Shown: positions 19,588-28,605 of the stretch, in pieces
How positions within the stretch are numbered: the first letter of the stretch is position 1
Layout: each line of letters opens with the position of its first letter
Source of the DNA: Acidobacteriota bacterium
GTDB lineage: Bacteria > Acidobacteriota > UBA890 > WLXD01
Length of the DNA stretch: 64,000 bases
Assembly (NCBI GenBank): GCA_965248695.1
Contig: CBDFKD010000002.1
Location: 3,904,001 to 3,968,000, forward strand
Direction: 5' to 3'
Made by a program: the position numbers and the translations under genes
The notes under the pieces: generated by a model
Database searches by the model: none
Told to the model about the DNA's origin: nothing
What the model saw: only the letters and a program-made list of their open reading frames with translations

Positions 19588-21234
19588 GTGTGGAATACCG
19601 GACTCCTGATGCTTCTGATCGCCGGCCTGGGGGCAGCGCAGCCTACCGGGCAGACGACAGCCGATCTGATCCTGCGCAACGGCAAGGTGATCACCGTGGA
19701 TACGGCTGGGACGGTCGCCGAAGCGCTGGCGGTCGAGGGAAACCGCATCGTTGCGGTCGGATCCGATGAAGCGATCGGTGCGATGGCCGGATCGGATACC
19801 CAAATCATCGACCTAGGGGGTCGCGTCCTGCTGCCCGGATTCATCGACGCGCACAACCATGTCGAGGGAAGCTCGCATGGCGACGCGTTCCGGCTGCCGG
19901 TGGCGATCCCACCGCTCGAGACGGCGCAGGATGTGCTCGACACGGTGCAGGCGCGGGCGGCCGAGTTGCCGCCCGGTACCTGGATCGAGGGACAGGGCAC
20001 CTACTACCAGCCGATGCCGACGCGCGAGCAGCTCGACGAGGCGGTCCCGGACCACCCGGTACTGATTCGCTGGAGCGCCCACGACGTGGTCGTCAACAGC
20101 AAGGCGATGCAGGTATCCGGGATCACACGCGATACGGTCGCGCCGCCTGGCGGCGTCATCGAGAAGTATGCGAACGGGGAGCCCAGCGGGATCTTCCGCG
20201 ATGCCCGCGAGCTCCTCGACACCCCGATCCCGACCTACGAGGACACCCTGCGGGTGATCCCGCCGACTCTGACGAAGCTGTGGCTGGAGCAGGGCGTCAC
20301 TAGCGTCTACACGATGGACAGCCTCGAGGGCGTGCGCGCCTATCAGGAGCTGCGCGATGCCGGTAAGTTGCCGCCCGTCCGGCTTTCCATCTCGTTCTTC
20401 CTGCGCAGCTTCGACCTCGACGCGCTGCTGGCCACCGGCCTGCGCACCGGCTTCGGCGACGAGTGGTTGAAGATCGGCGGTATCAAGATCCTGTTCGATG
20501 GAGTGTGGGGCACCACGGCAGCGACCTACGCACCGGCGTACGGCACCACCGACAACTTCGGCAACCTGAGCCGCTCGCCCGAGCAGCTGCGCGAGGAGGT
20601 CGAGAAGGCGCATGCTGCTGGCTGGCAGGTCTGGATCCATTGCAACGGTGACCGGGCCCAGAACCTCGCCCTCGACGCGTTCGAGGCGGCGCTGGAGAAG
20701 CATCCACGCGAGGACCACCGGCATCGGATCGAGCACTTCGCCAACTTCATGGTCGACGACAAGATCCTCGACCGCATGGAACAGCTTGACGTCATCCCTG
20801 TACCGCAAGCGTCGTTCATCTGGCGAACGACCAATGAGCTGTTGCAGCAGCCGGGGCGACCGCGCCTCTACATCCTCAAGACGCTCATCGACCGCGGCTT
20901 TCGTCCCCCTGGCAATGCCGACTCGGTGGGTACCCAGCCGTTCTCGATCAACCCGATGTTCTCGTTCACGCGGGCGGTGCTGCGCACTAGCAAGTTCGGC
21001 ACCGAGGTCGATCCGGAGGAAGCCATCTCGGTGATGGATGCCATCAAGATGCACACCATCTGGGCGGCGTATTCGGGCTTCGAGGAGGACATCAAGGGCA
21101 GCCTGGAGGTTGGGAAGCTCGCCGATATGGTGGTCTTGAGCGACGATCCACGCAGCGTGTCACCGGATCAGCTGATGTCGATCAAGGCCGACCTGACGAT
21201 CGTCGATGGCAAGGTGGTGTACGAGCGGCGCTGA
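19588..21234 (+). CDS. Amidohydrolase family 3 (YtcJ-like), secreted
   Basis: ADLILRNGKVIT, PGFIDAHNH, IKILFDG, HCNGDRA, RHRIEH, GSLEVGKLADMVVL. Start uncertain (19483-19609). Confidence 0.88.
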   Translation: MWNTGLLMLLIAGLGAAQPTGQTTADLILRNGKVITVDTAGTVAEALAVEGNRIVAVGSDEAIGAMAGSDTQIIDLGGRVLLPGFIDAHNHVEGSSHGDAFRLPVAIPPLETAQDVLDTVQARAAELPPGTWIEGQGTYYQPMPTREQLDEAVPDHPVLIRWSAHDVVVNSKAMQVSGITRDTVAPPGGVIEKYANGEPSGIFRDARELLDTPIPTYEDTLRVIPPTLTKLWLEQGVTSVYTMDSLEGVRAYQELRDAGKLPPVRLSISFFLRSFDLDALLATGLRTGFGDEWLKIGGIKILFDGVWGTTAATYAPAYGTTDNFGNLSRSPEQLREEVEKAHAAGWQVWIHCNGDRAQNLALDAFEAALEKHPREDHRHRIEHFANFMVDDKILDRMEQLDVIPVPQASFIWRTTNELLQQPGRPRLYILKTLIDRGFRPPGNADSVGTQPFSINPMFSFTRAVLRTSKFGTEVDPEEAISVMDAIKMHTIWAAYSGFEEDIKGSLEVGKLADMVVLSDDPRSVSPDQLMSIKADLTIVDGKVVYERR

Positions 21235-21276
21235 TGGCACCGGATTCGCGAGCCCTCCACCAGGCAGATGCCCCGG

Positions 21277-21387
21277 TTATTGGCGGCGCTTGGTGCCAGT
21301 CGACCGAATCCAGCCGACCACGGTGGCGCAGACGGCCAGATAGACCACTGCGACGGAGACGTAGAAGACGAACCCCCACCAGCTCAT
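21277..21387 (-). CDS. 36-aa single-pass membrane microprotein, putative symporter accessory subunit
   Basis: ATG overlaps the symporter stop (ATGA) with GAGG upstream. MSWWGFVFYVSVAVVYLAVCATVVGWIRSTGTKRRQ* is a TM helix with a basic tail. Confidence 0.6.
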   Translation of the reverse strand: MSWWGFVFYVSVAVVYLAVCATVVGWIRSTGTKRRQ

Positions 21388-22823
21388 CCGGCCTCGACCT
21401 CTTCAGGGCGAAACACGCCGCTGGACGGCCAGTTCCGGGTCACGGCGTGAGCAGCGAACAGCACCACCAGATTGGCGATCACCGCGGCCACGACCGGTGG
21501 GATCCCGAACGGTTCGCCGAGGACTCGCGGACCCCAGACGAAGATCGTCGTCGCGCCGGCGACAATCGCCGGTAGAGCGGCGCGGGGGGCCACGCGCCGG
21601 TCCCGCGGCCCGCCCCACATCAACGCCACCACCAGCGGCGGAACGATGGTGGGGGCCCACAGGGCGTAGGTGTAGAGCAGTAGCTCGAACACGTCCGGGA
21701 GGCTCAGGGCAGCGGCGACTCCGGCGGCCCCGATGACCAGCGTGCTCACCCGTGCCGCCCACAGCATGCTTGCGTCGCTGGCGTCGCGCCGCAGGAACAT
21801 GCCGTAGATGTCGCGCGTGAAGATCACCGAGGCGTTGTTGAGGATCGAATCGCCGGTCGACATCACTGCCGCCAGCAGCGCCGCGAACACGAGGCCCTTC
21901 AAGCCGATCGGCAGGAAGTCGCGCACGATGGTGGTGAGCACGAGGTCGGGCTCCGTATCGCCGAGCAGCACGACACCGGATAGCCCCAGGGCGATCACGA
22001 CGATGGTGTAGAAGCCGTAGTAGCCACCGAAGAGCGTCACGCCCCAGCGCGTGTCAGAGGGGCTCCTGGTGGAGACGAAGCGTTGCACGAAGTACGGCGC
22101 CAGCAGCTCCCCGAGCAGGAAGGCCACGAAGATCGCGATGATCTGCGAGGTGGGCCAGGTTCCCGTGGGGCTCAGCATGGCCGGATCGAGCTGTGCCGTC
22201 AGCGCTTCGACGCCGCCTGCGGCTCGAACTGCCACCACCGCTGCGGTGGTGATACCGAAGGCGAGCACGATGAACTGCAGCAGGTCGGTATAGATCACCG
22301 CCCAGATACCACCGAAGCCGGTGTACAACACGGTCAGCAACGAGCCTGCGATCGTCAGCGGCACCAGCGGCAGGCCGGTAATGCTCTGCAGGATGCGCCC
22401 CATCGCCAGCAGCTGCACGCCGAACAGCGTGACGCTGTAGAGGAACGAGAACACCCCGGTGATCGCACGCCCGGCGCGGCCGTAGTAGAAGCCCATCGCG
22501 CCGCCGACGGTGTACAGCTTGCCGATGGCGCGTATCCGCGGCGCCAGGAGCGACCCTGAGAGGAGTTGCTGCAGCACGAAGCCGATGGTCGTCGTGAAGA
22601 CGACGATGCCGGCGAGATAGGTCTGCGAAGCGCGCCCCACGGTTGCGGCCCCGCCGGTCGAGGTAGCCGCCATGGTTGCGAACAGCAGGACGACCGGCAG
22701 ACGCCGTCCGGCGACCGCGTAGTCGGCGAACTTTCTCGTCTGTCGCATGGCGACGTAGCCCAGGCCGAGGACGACAACGAAGTACAGCATGAGGATCGTA
22801 AGGTCGATGCCACCCAGGCTCAC
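21384..22823 (-). CDS. Sodium:solute symporter family protein
   Basis: DYAVAGRRLP, YTGFGGIWAVIYTDLLQ, YFVQRF, ALLAAVMSTGDS..IFTRDIY; about 13 TM. Confidence 0.92.
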   Translation of the reverse strand: MSLGGIDLTILMLYFVVVLGLGYVAMRQTRKFADYAVAGRRLPVVLLFATMAATSTGGAATVGRASQTYLAGIVVFTTTIGFVLQQLLSGSLLAPRIRAIGKLYTVGGAMGFYYGRAGRAITGVFSFLYSVTLFGVQLLAMGRILQSITGLPLVPLTIAGSLLTVLYTGFGGIWAVIYTDLLQFIVLAFGITTAAVVAVRAAGGVEALTAQLDPAMLSPTGTWPTSQIIAIFVAFLLGELLAPYFVQRFVSTRSPSDTRWGVTLFGGYYGFYTIVVIALGLSGVVLLGDTEPDLVLTTIVRDFLPIGLKGLVFAALLAAVMSTGDSILNNASVIFTRDIYGMFLRRDASDASMLWAARVSTLVIGAAGVAAALSLPDVFELLLYTYALWAPTIVPPLVVALMWGGPRDRRVAPRAALPAIVAGATTIFVWGPRVLGEPFGIPPVVAAVIANLVVLFAAHAVTRNWPSSGVFRPEEVEAG

Positions 22824-23203
22824 GAGCGTCGCTCGTCGGCGGGCGCGGTTGCGCGGAGGGCGATCAGGCCCATGCCGGCGATCACCAGCACCAGCCCACC
22901 GAGCTCACGTCCCTCTTCGACCTCGGAGCCCATCATCTCCCACGATTCGAAGAGGGCCGGGAGCGACGCGCCCACCACCTTCGGCAGGAGAGTGCCGGCC
23001 CACACGAGGGCGACGCTGCCCACGAGCGCTGCCGCGCCGGTGGTCGCAAGATCTCGCAGGGCGGCGAGTGCCACCAGCATCGCAGCCAGATAGATCGCCA
23101 GCCAGGCCCAGGGGTCCGGGTCGTTGATCTGCACGATCGCCGACAGCGCGTAAACCGCTGCCATCGTCCAGAGTGCGATGCGATTTCGGCGATTCTCGGT
23201 CAT
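22820..23203 (-). CDS. Transmembrane family 220 (TMEM220-like) protein
   Basis: VQINDPDPWAWLAIY and VEEGRELGGL motifs. Confidence 0.8.
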   Translation of the reverse strand: MTENRRNRIALWTMAAVYALSAIVQINDPDPWAWLAIYLAAMLVALAALRDLATTGAAALVGSVALVWAGTLLPKVVGASLPALFESWEMMGSEVEEGRELGGLVLVIAGMGLIALRATAPADERRS

Positions 23204-23209
23204 ATGCAG

Positions 23210-24583
23210 CTACTGCTGTGGGCCGCCGTCCCAGTTCTGCACGCTCGAAACGTCGGGCATGCCCCAGGCGGCGCCGCTCCAGCCCTGAAACCCCTCCATG
23301 CGGAAGGCCCAGAATCCGGTGGTCATGTCGCTGATGACGATCAGCCCGTCGGCGTTGCGCACATCGGCCCCGAAGGCCCCGTTGTCGGTCGGGTACACGT
23401 CGGCGTTCTCGGGCCCGATGTAGGTGTCATAGAAGCCCACGGTCACCGGGTTGAACGGGTCCATGATGCTGAATACCTGCAGACCGTCCATGTAGCCGGA
23501 GACGAATACGAACGGCCAGCGAATCTCGTGGTTGTGCACCAGGTACTTCCAGTCGGCGGTCCATGCGGAGATCGGCACCGAGATATTCCTGACCTCACCC
23601 GTCAGCCCCGGCTCGAGATCGAAGATACGCAGTGGCGCGTAACGGTACTCGCTCTCGGCGACCACATAGCTGCCGTCTGGCGTCGGCGTGAACGTGTGGC
23701 CTCCGATGACTCCCTCGATTCCGGTCAACGAGACCAGCAGTGCCGGGTTCTCGAGATCGGTCACGTCGTACACGTAGTAACCGCCAGTGCCGGCGCCGTA
23801 GAAGCGATCCTGCTGGCTGTCGACGTGGTAACCGACATACATGTCGTGATAGCTCGAAAAGGGATCCGGTGAGGGCCCGGCCGGCACCTTGGCCACGAGC
23901 GCATCGGCCATCTTCCCCTCGACCACGTGGCCGAGATCGTAGACGTGTACCGACGAGTCCTCGGTGGTGGCGAACAACAGCACCCGGCCGTTGGTGTGCC
24001 GGTAGATAAAGATGTTGTGGAAGCCGCGTGGCTGGTCGGGAGCTCGGATCCGCGCTATTTCGCGCACCGTTGCTGGATCGGGAAGACCTGTGACGTCGAG
24101 AACGACGGCACCGAGATCGGTGTTCGGGCCACCCTGGCCGAACTGCAGGGACTGCACGACGTAGTAGCGGTTGTCCCATTTGAAGTACTTCACATCCATA
24201 CCGCCGGTATCGAGATGCAGGTCCTGATCTTCGATGCGCCAGCGATAGAGGACCTCGGGGTGCTCGGGGTTGGCGATGCTGATGATGTCGGTGCCCTTCT
24301 CCCCGACGTCTCCGTAGACCATGCGGGCGACGTAGGCGTAGGGGCGCGACAGCTCCTGTTCGAGCTCGATGTCGGCGACGCTGATGCGCGGTCCGAGCGG
24401 CAAATGCGACACGACGTGGACGTTGTCGCTGCCGCGTTTCAGCGGCGTCCACTGCTGGCCTCCGGGTCTCATGGCCGACGCCGATGCCGACGGCAGCGCG
24501 GCGCTCAACGCCAGGCCGGAGCAGGCGATCATCGCGCCGATCAATCCGAGTCGCCAGGCGCGCTCGGTGGTCATGGTGGGCAT
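23210..24583 (-). CDS. Secreted LVIVD-like beta-propeller protein
   Basis: Signal peptide; repeated VLDVT/VYDVTD..NP/IFDL/VFSIMDPFNP units; His motifs FHNI, YHDM, GHTF, VHNH; IVISDMTTGFW. Confidence 0.7.
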   Translation of the reverse strand: MPTMTTERAWRLGLIGAMIACSGLALSAALPSASASAMRPGGQQWTPLKRGSDNVHVVSHLPLGPRISVADIELEQELSRPYAYVARMVYGDVGEKGTDIISIANPEHPEVLYRWRIEDQDLHLDTGGMDVKYFKWDNRYYVVQSLQFGQGGPNTDLGAVVLDVTGLPDPATVREIARIRAPDQPRGFHNIFIYRHTNGRVLLFATTEDSSVHVYDLGHVVEGKMADALVAKVPAGPSPDPFSSYHDMYVGYHVDSQQDRFYGAGTGGYYVYDVTDLENPALLVSLTGIEGVIGGHTFTPTPDGSYVVAESEYRYAPLRIFDLEPGLTGEVRNISVPISAWTADWKYLVHNHEIRWPFVFVSGYMDGLQVFSIMDPFNPVTVGFYDTYIGPENADVYPTDNGAFGADVRNADGLIVISDMTTGFWAFRMEGFQGWSGAAWGMPDVSSVQNWDGGPQQ

Positions 24584-24763
24584 CGCAGTCCACTTCCAGG
24601 ACGTCTTGACGAGCCCGACCCACGTGCCGGTCGGGCATCCGTTGTCGGACGGAACCGAGAGGCTACTCGCGCGTGGCGTGAAAGTCACCGCCCGCCTCAC
24701 CGCCGCCGGCGAAGTCTGGCAGACTCCGAGCAGCTCTGATCCGTATCACTCGGGGACCACACC

Positions 24764-25708
24764 ATGATCAAGCGCTTTCCAGGCCGGGCCGCAGTTACCC
24801 TGTTCTTGCTGACCGCCACCTTTGCTCCCTTCGCCGTGGGCTCATCAATGCTCGACGAAATGAAGATCGATGTGGGCGGCTTGGTGTTCGATGCGCTGGT
24901 GGCGGGACCCGAAGATGGACCCGTGGTGTTCATGTTGCACGGCTTCCCGCAGGCGGCGTTCGAGTGGCGTCACCAGTTGCCGGTGCTCGCGTCGATGGGT
25001 TTCCGCGTCATTGCGCCGAACCAGCGCGGTTACTCGCCGGGCGCGCGGCCCGAAGGTGTGGATGCCTACACCATCCCGAACCTGGTTGCCGATGTCGTCG
25101 GCCTGGCCGACGCGGTGGGCGCCGACACGTTCCACGTCGTCGGTCACGACTGGGGCGCGGCAGTGGCGTGGTTCGTGGGGTTGATGCAACCGGAGCGCGT
25201 GCTGTCGCTGGTACCCATCTCGGTGCCGCATCCGTATGCCTTCGGACAGGTGCTGGCGGACCCCGAAGGGCAGCAGGCGCAGATGTCCGGTTACATGGAG
25301 GTGTTTCGTTCCGAGGGGGCGGAAGACATGTTCTTGGCCAACGATGCCGCCATGCTGCGGGGTATCTACGGCGGTGCCGGGCTGTCGCCTGACGAGGTCC
25401 AGGAATACGTCGACGTGCTCGGTACTCGTGAGGCGATCGGGGCGGCGCTGAACTGGTACCGCGCCATGAACCTGCAGGCCGGCGCCGGGGAGGTCACGCC
25501 GATCTCCATGCCGACGATGTACGTGTGGAGCACTGACGACATGGCGCTTGGTCGTGAGGGTGCAGAGCTCACGGCCGACTTCGTGGAGGGGCCGTATCGG
25601 TTCGAGGTCATCGAAGGTGTGAGTCACTGGGTGCCGGAGGAGGCCGCCGAGCGCCTCAACGAGCTGCTGCAGGAACACTTTGCGCCGTTTGCCGCCAGCG
25701 ACTCGTGA
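24764..25708 (+). CDS. Alpha/beta hydrolase (epoxide hydrolase-like)
   Basis: LHGFPQ, NQRGYS, VGHDWGA, ALNWYRA, SHWVPEE. Confidence 0.9.
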   Translation: MIKRFPGRAAVTLFLLTATFAPFAVGSSMLDEMKIDVGGLVFDALVAGPEDGPVVFMLHGFPQAAFEWRHQLPVLASMGFRVIAPNQRGYSPGARPEGVDAYTIPNLVADVVGLADAVGADTFHVVGHDWGAAVAWFVGLMQPERVLSLVPISVPHPYAFGQVLADPEGQQAQMSGYMEVFRSEGAEDMFLANDAAMLRGIYGGAGLSPDEVQEYVDVLGTREAIGAALNWYRAMNLQAGAGEVTPISMPTMYVWSTDDMALGREGAELTADFVEGPYRFEVIEGVSHWVPEEAAERLNELLQEHFAPFAASDS

Positions 25709-27435
25709 ACGGCCGCAACATGAAGCGTCGCTTGGCGCTGCTCCTGACCGTGGCGCTGGCCATCACCAGCAGCGGCCCGTCGATCGCTGCTGAGGGCTAC
25801 GACCTGCTACTGGTCGGTGGACGGGTCCTCGACGGCACCGGCAACCCATGGCGCTACGCCGACGTCGGTATCGAGGACGGGCGCATTGTTGCGGTAGGGA
25901 GGCTCCGTGATGCGGCTGCCGATCGCGTAGTCGACATCGCGGGCAGCATCGTCGCCCCCGGCTTCATCGACATGCACTCGCATGCCGACGGTCCCGGCGG
26001 GGAGCGGAGCGGGCTACGGGCCGCCGATCCACACAAGCGCAGCGCGCCGAACCTGGTCAGCCAGGGCATCACCACGGTGGTAGTCAATCAGGACGGCGGC
26101 AGCCCCCTGTCGATTGCCGGCCAGCGGGCGACCCTGGAAGAGCTCGGCATCGGTCCCAACGCCATCCTGCTGGTGGGGCACAATAGCATTCGCCGTGAAG
26201 TGCTTGGTCCCGAGTTTCGACGCCTGGCGACCGATGCCGAGGTACAGCGCATGGCTGCCATGGTGCGCCGGGGGGTCGCCGAAGGCGCCTACGGCCTGTC
26301 AGCGGGGCTGGAATACGTACCAGGGCGCTGGAGCGACACTGCCGAGGTACGGAGCTTGGTGTCGACGCTGGCGGACACGGGTGGGGTGTACATCGTCCAC
26401 GAGCGTGCCTCCGGCGCCGACCCCATGTGGTACCTGCCGAGTCAGCACGAGCCCGGTCCGCCGACGATGCTCGACAACATCGTCGAGACGATCGATATCG
26501 CCGAGTCAACCGGTGTGCCCACCGTCGCCACGCATATCAAGGTCAAAGGTGCCGACTACTGGGGCTCGAGCGGCGCGATCATCAACCTGATGCGAACCGC
26601 GCGCGCGCGTGGTGTCGAGGTGTGGCTGGACCAGTACCCGTACGCAACCACCGGAAGCGACGGCAGCACCGTGCTGATCCCGCCCTGGGCGCTGGGCTAC
26701 GACCGCTGGGGCGAGGGAGGCGGCGAGTCCCGCGCCGACCCGGACTTTGCCGCCGCCTTGCGCAACGTTCTCGACGACGATGCCCTGCGGGTCGACCTGG
26801 TACGCGATATCCGCCGTGAGATCGCCCGTCGCGGTGGCGCCGAGCAGATCTTCATCTTCGAATACTCGGACCCGACGCAGGTGGGAAAGTCGCTCGCGCA
26901 GCTCGCCCGCGAGCGGGGGCTCGAACCGATCGAGGCGGCAATCGTGCTGCAGCTCGAAGGGTTCCCGTCGCGCCCGGGCGGGGCCCGCCTGCGCGGTTTC
27001 TCGCTCGCCGAGGTCGATGTCGAGGCCCTGTCGGCCGAGCCCTACACGCTCACCGCCTCCGATGCCGGCATCGCTGTGGTCGATGAGGAGCTTCCGGTCC
27101 ATGCCCGCTACTACGGGACCTTCCCGCGCAAGATCCGTCGTTATGCCATCGAGCTGGGCAAGCTGAGCGTGGCCGAGGCGGTACGCACGTCGACATCGCT
27201 ACCGGCGCAGGTCCTCCGGCTCAACGATCGCGGCCTGGTGCGCGAGGGCCTGGTAGCGGATCTCGTGGTCTTCGATCTCGACAGGATTCGTGATCGGGCG
27301 ACGTTCAGTGAGCCGCACCAGTTCTCCGAGGGCGTCGAGTGGGTGCTGGTTGGTGGGGAGCCGGTTGTCGAGGCAGGTCGGCTGACCGGGGCGCTTCCGG
27401 GCCGCGTGATCACGCTCGCCGATAGTGCGTTCTAG
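25705..27435 (+). CDS. N-acyl-D-amino-acid deacylase-like amidohydrolase, secreted
   Basis: GRVLDGTGNP, PGFIDMHSH, QGITT, GLSAGLEY, THIK, DQYPY, YGTFPR, DRG..ADLVVFD. Confidence 0.9.
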   Translation: MNGRNMKRRLALLLTVALAITSSGPSIAAEGYDLLLVGGRVLDGTGNPWRYADVGIEDGRIVAVGRLRDAAADRVVDIAGSIVAPGFIDMHSHADGPGGERSGLRAADPHKRSAPNLVSQGITTVVVNQDGGSPLSIAGQRATLEELGIGPNAILLVGHNSIRREVLGPEFRRLATDAEVQRMAAMVRRGVAEGAYGLSAGLEYVPGRWSDTAEVRSLVSTLADTGGVYIVHERASGADPMWYLPSQHEPGPPTMLDNIVETIDIAESTGVPTVATHIKVKGADYWGSSGAIINLMRTARARGVEVWLDQYPYATTGSDGSTVLIPPWALGYDRWGEGGGESRADPDFAAALRNVLDDDALRVDLVRDIRREIARRGGAEQIFIFEYSDPTQVGKSLAQLARERGLEPIEAAIVLQLEGFPSRPGGARLRGFSLAEVDVEALSAEPYTLTASDAGIAVVDEELPVHARYYGTFPRKIRRYAIELGKLSVAEAVRTSTSLPAQVLRLNDRGLVREGLVADLVVFDLDRIRDRATFSEPHQFSEGVEWVLVGGEPVVEAGRLTGALPGRVITLADSAF

Positions 27436-27444
27436 CACGGCCAG

Positions 27445-27525
27445 CTAGCGCGGCATGACCGGCAGGACGATGTGGCTCGGGTGCTCGGGCGTATGGTGCA
27501 CCACCATCGTGCCGGCACGGTAGCC
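27445..27525 (-). pseudogene. 3' remnant of a CocE/NonD-type hydrolase gene
   Basis: TMVVHHTPEHPSHIVLPVMPR* resembles the PepX_C terminus (compare SVFHDRQRASYLQLPVVP of the gene at 5150). Upstream sequence is the iron-permease promoter. Confidence 0.5.
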
Positions 27526-27545
27526 GATCGCGAGGCAGCCGTCCC

Positions 27546-27597
27546 TTGACGGGCGGGGAGTAATGGCCATATCCTGCAATTGAGACGCGATCTCAAT
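27546..27597 (+). promoter_or_regulatory. Sigma70-like promoter plus Fur-like 19-bp operator upstream of the iron permease
   Basis: TTGACG(27546)-N18-TATCCT(27570), followed by the perfect inverted repeat ATTGAGA-CGCGA-TCTCAAT (27579-27597). Confidence 0.65.
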
Positions 27598-27687
27598 AGT
27601 GACCCGTTCTCGATAGCGAATCGCAACAGAAGCCAAAACGCGGCCGGAATCGACTCGCCGCCAGGCTCGTAGGCGGGCAGGACGCGA

Positions 27688-28449
27688 ATGCTGAGTTCCT
27701 ATGTCATTACCCTCCGGGAAGGCCTCGAGGCCTTTCTGATCATTGCGATCAGCCTTGCGTACCTGCGCAAGAGCGGGCGGGCGAAACTGGTGCCTGCCAT
27801 CTACTGGGGCGTTGCAGCATCAGTGGTCGTCAGCATCATCGCCGGGGTGCTGTTTGCTCGTGCCGCAAACCAGGCCCTCTGGGAAGGGGTCCTGGCGCTG
27901 ACGGCAGCGGTGATGGTGGCCTCGTTGACCGTCCACATGTGGCGCACTGCGCGGCATTTGAAGGGCGATATCGAACAGCATCTGGGCGACGCGGCCCGCA
28001 CCCAGGGCCGCGGTGCGCTGCTAGGCGTGTTCCTCTTCACCCTCTTCATGATCACCCGCGAGGGCATGGAGACGGCGTTGCTCATGAACGTGCTGTTCCG
28101 TCAGATCCAGTCGATACCCGTGATCGCCGGAGCTTTCGCCGGTCTTCTCACAGCCGCGGGTGTTGCCTGGCTGTGGTCGCGCTACGGCCATCGCGTCAAC
28201 CTGGGCCTGTTTTTCCAGGTCACCGCCGTGTTCCTCCTGGTGTTCGTGGCGCAACTGGTGATCTACGGATTTCATGAGCTTACGGAAGCGAACGTCTTGC
28301 CTTACAGCGAGCCGTTGCACTGGGCGACCGAGCCCTATGGCCCCGACGGCCGCTACGGTCAGTACATCACCTACATGCTGGTGGCCATGCCGCTCGCCTG
28401 GCTGACGTACGCCTCCCTGCGGCACCGCCGAACGACGCCGACGGTCTGA
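27688..28449 (+). CDS. FTR1/EfeU family iron permease
   Basis: Two RExxE motifs (LREGLEA, TREGMET); FFQVT..GFHEL. Confidence 0.92.
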   Translation: MLSSYVITLREGLEAFLIIAISLAYLRKSGRAKLVPAIYWGVAASVVVSIIAGVLFARAANQALWEGVLALTAAVMVASLTVHMWRTARHLKGDIEQHLGDAARTQGRGALLGVFLFTLFMITREGMETALLMNVLFRQIQSIPVIAGAFAGLLTAAGVAWLWSRYGHRVNLGLFFQVTAVFLLVFVAQLVIYGFHELTEANVLPYSEPLHWATEPYGPDGRYGQYITYMLVAMPLAWLTYASLRHRRTTPTV

Positions 28450-28605
28450 TTCACGGGCCCTGCTCGGGTAAGCCACTGCCGAGCCTGCCGGCCGAGACGG
28501 GCACCTCGGAGTTACGGTGAACGTGGGTCGTTAAGGAGCAGTAGCTCTCCCGCCGACGCCGGGTCGCTAGAATAGCCGTTTCGGGCTCGAGCTCCGCGCC
28601 GGGCC

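Noticed and set aside
28470-28510. AGCCACTG resembling part of a cobalamin riboswitch
   Set aside because: The other conserved elements (GGGAA..CGGTG, ACTGT, GGGAAG, AGYCAG..ACCTG) are not found in order.
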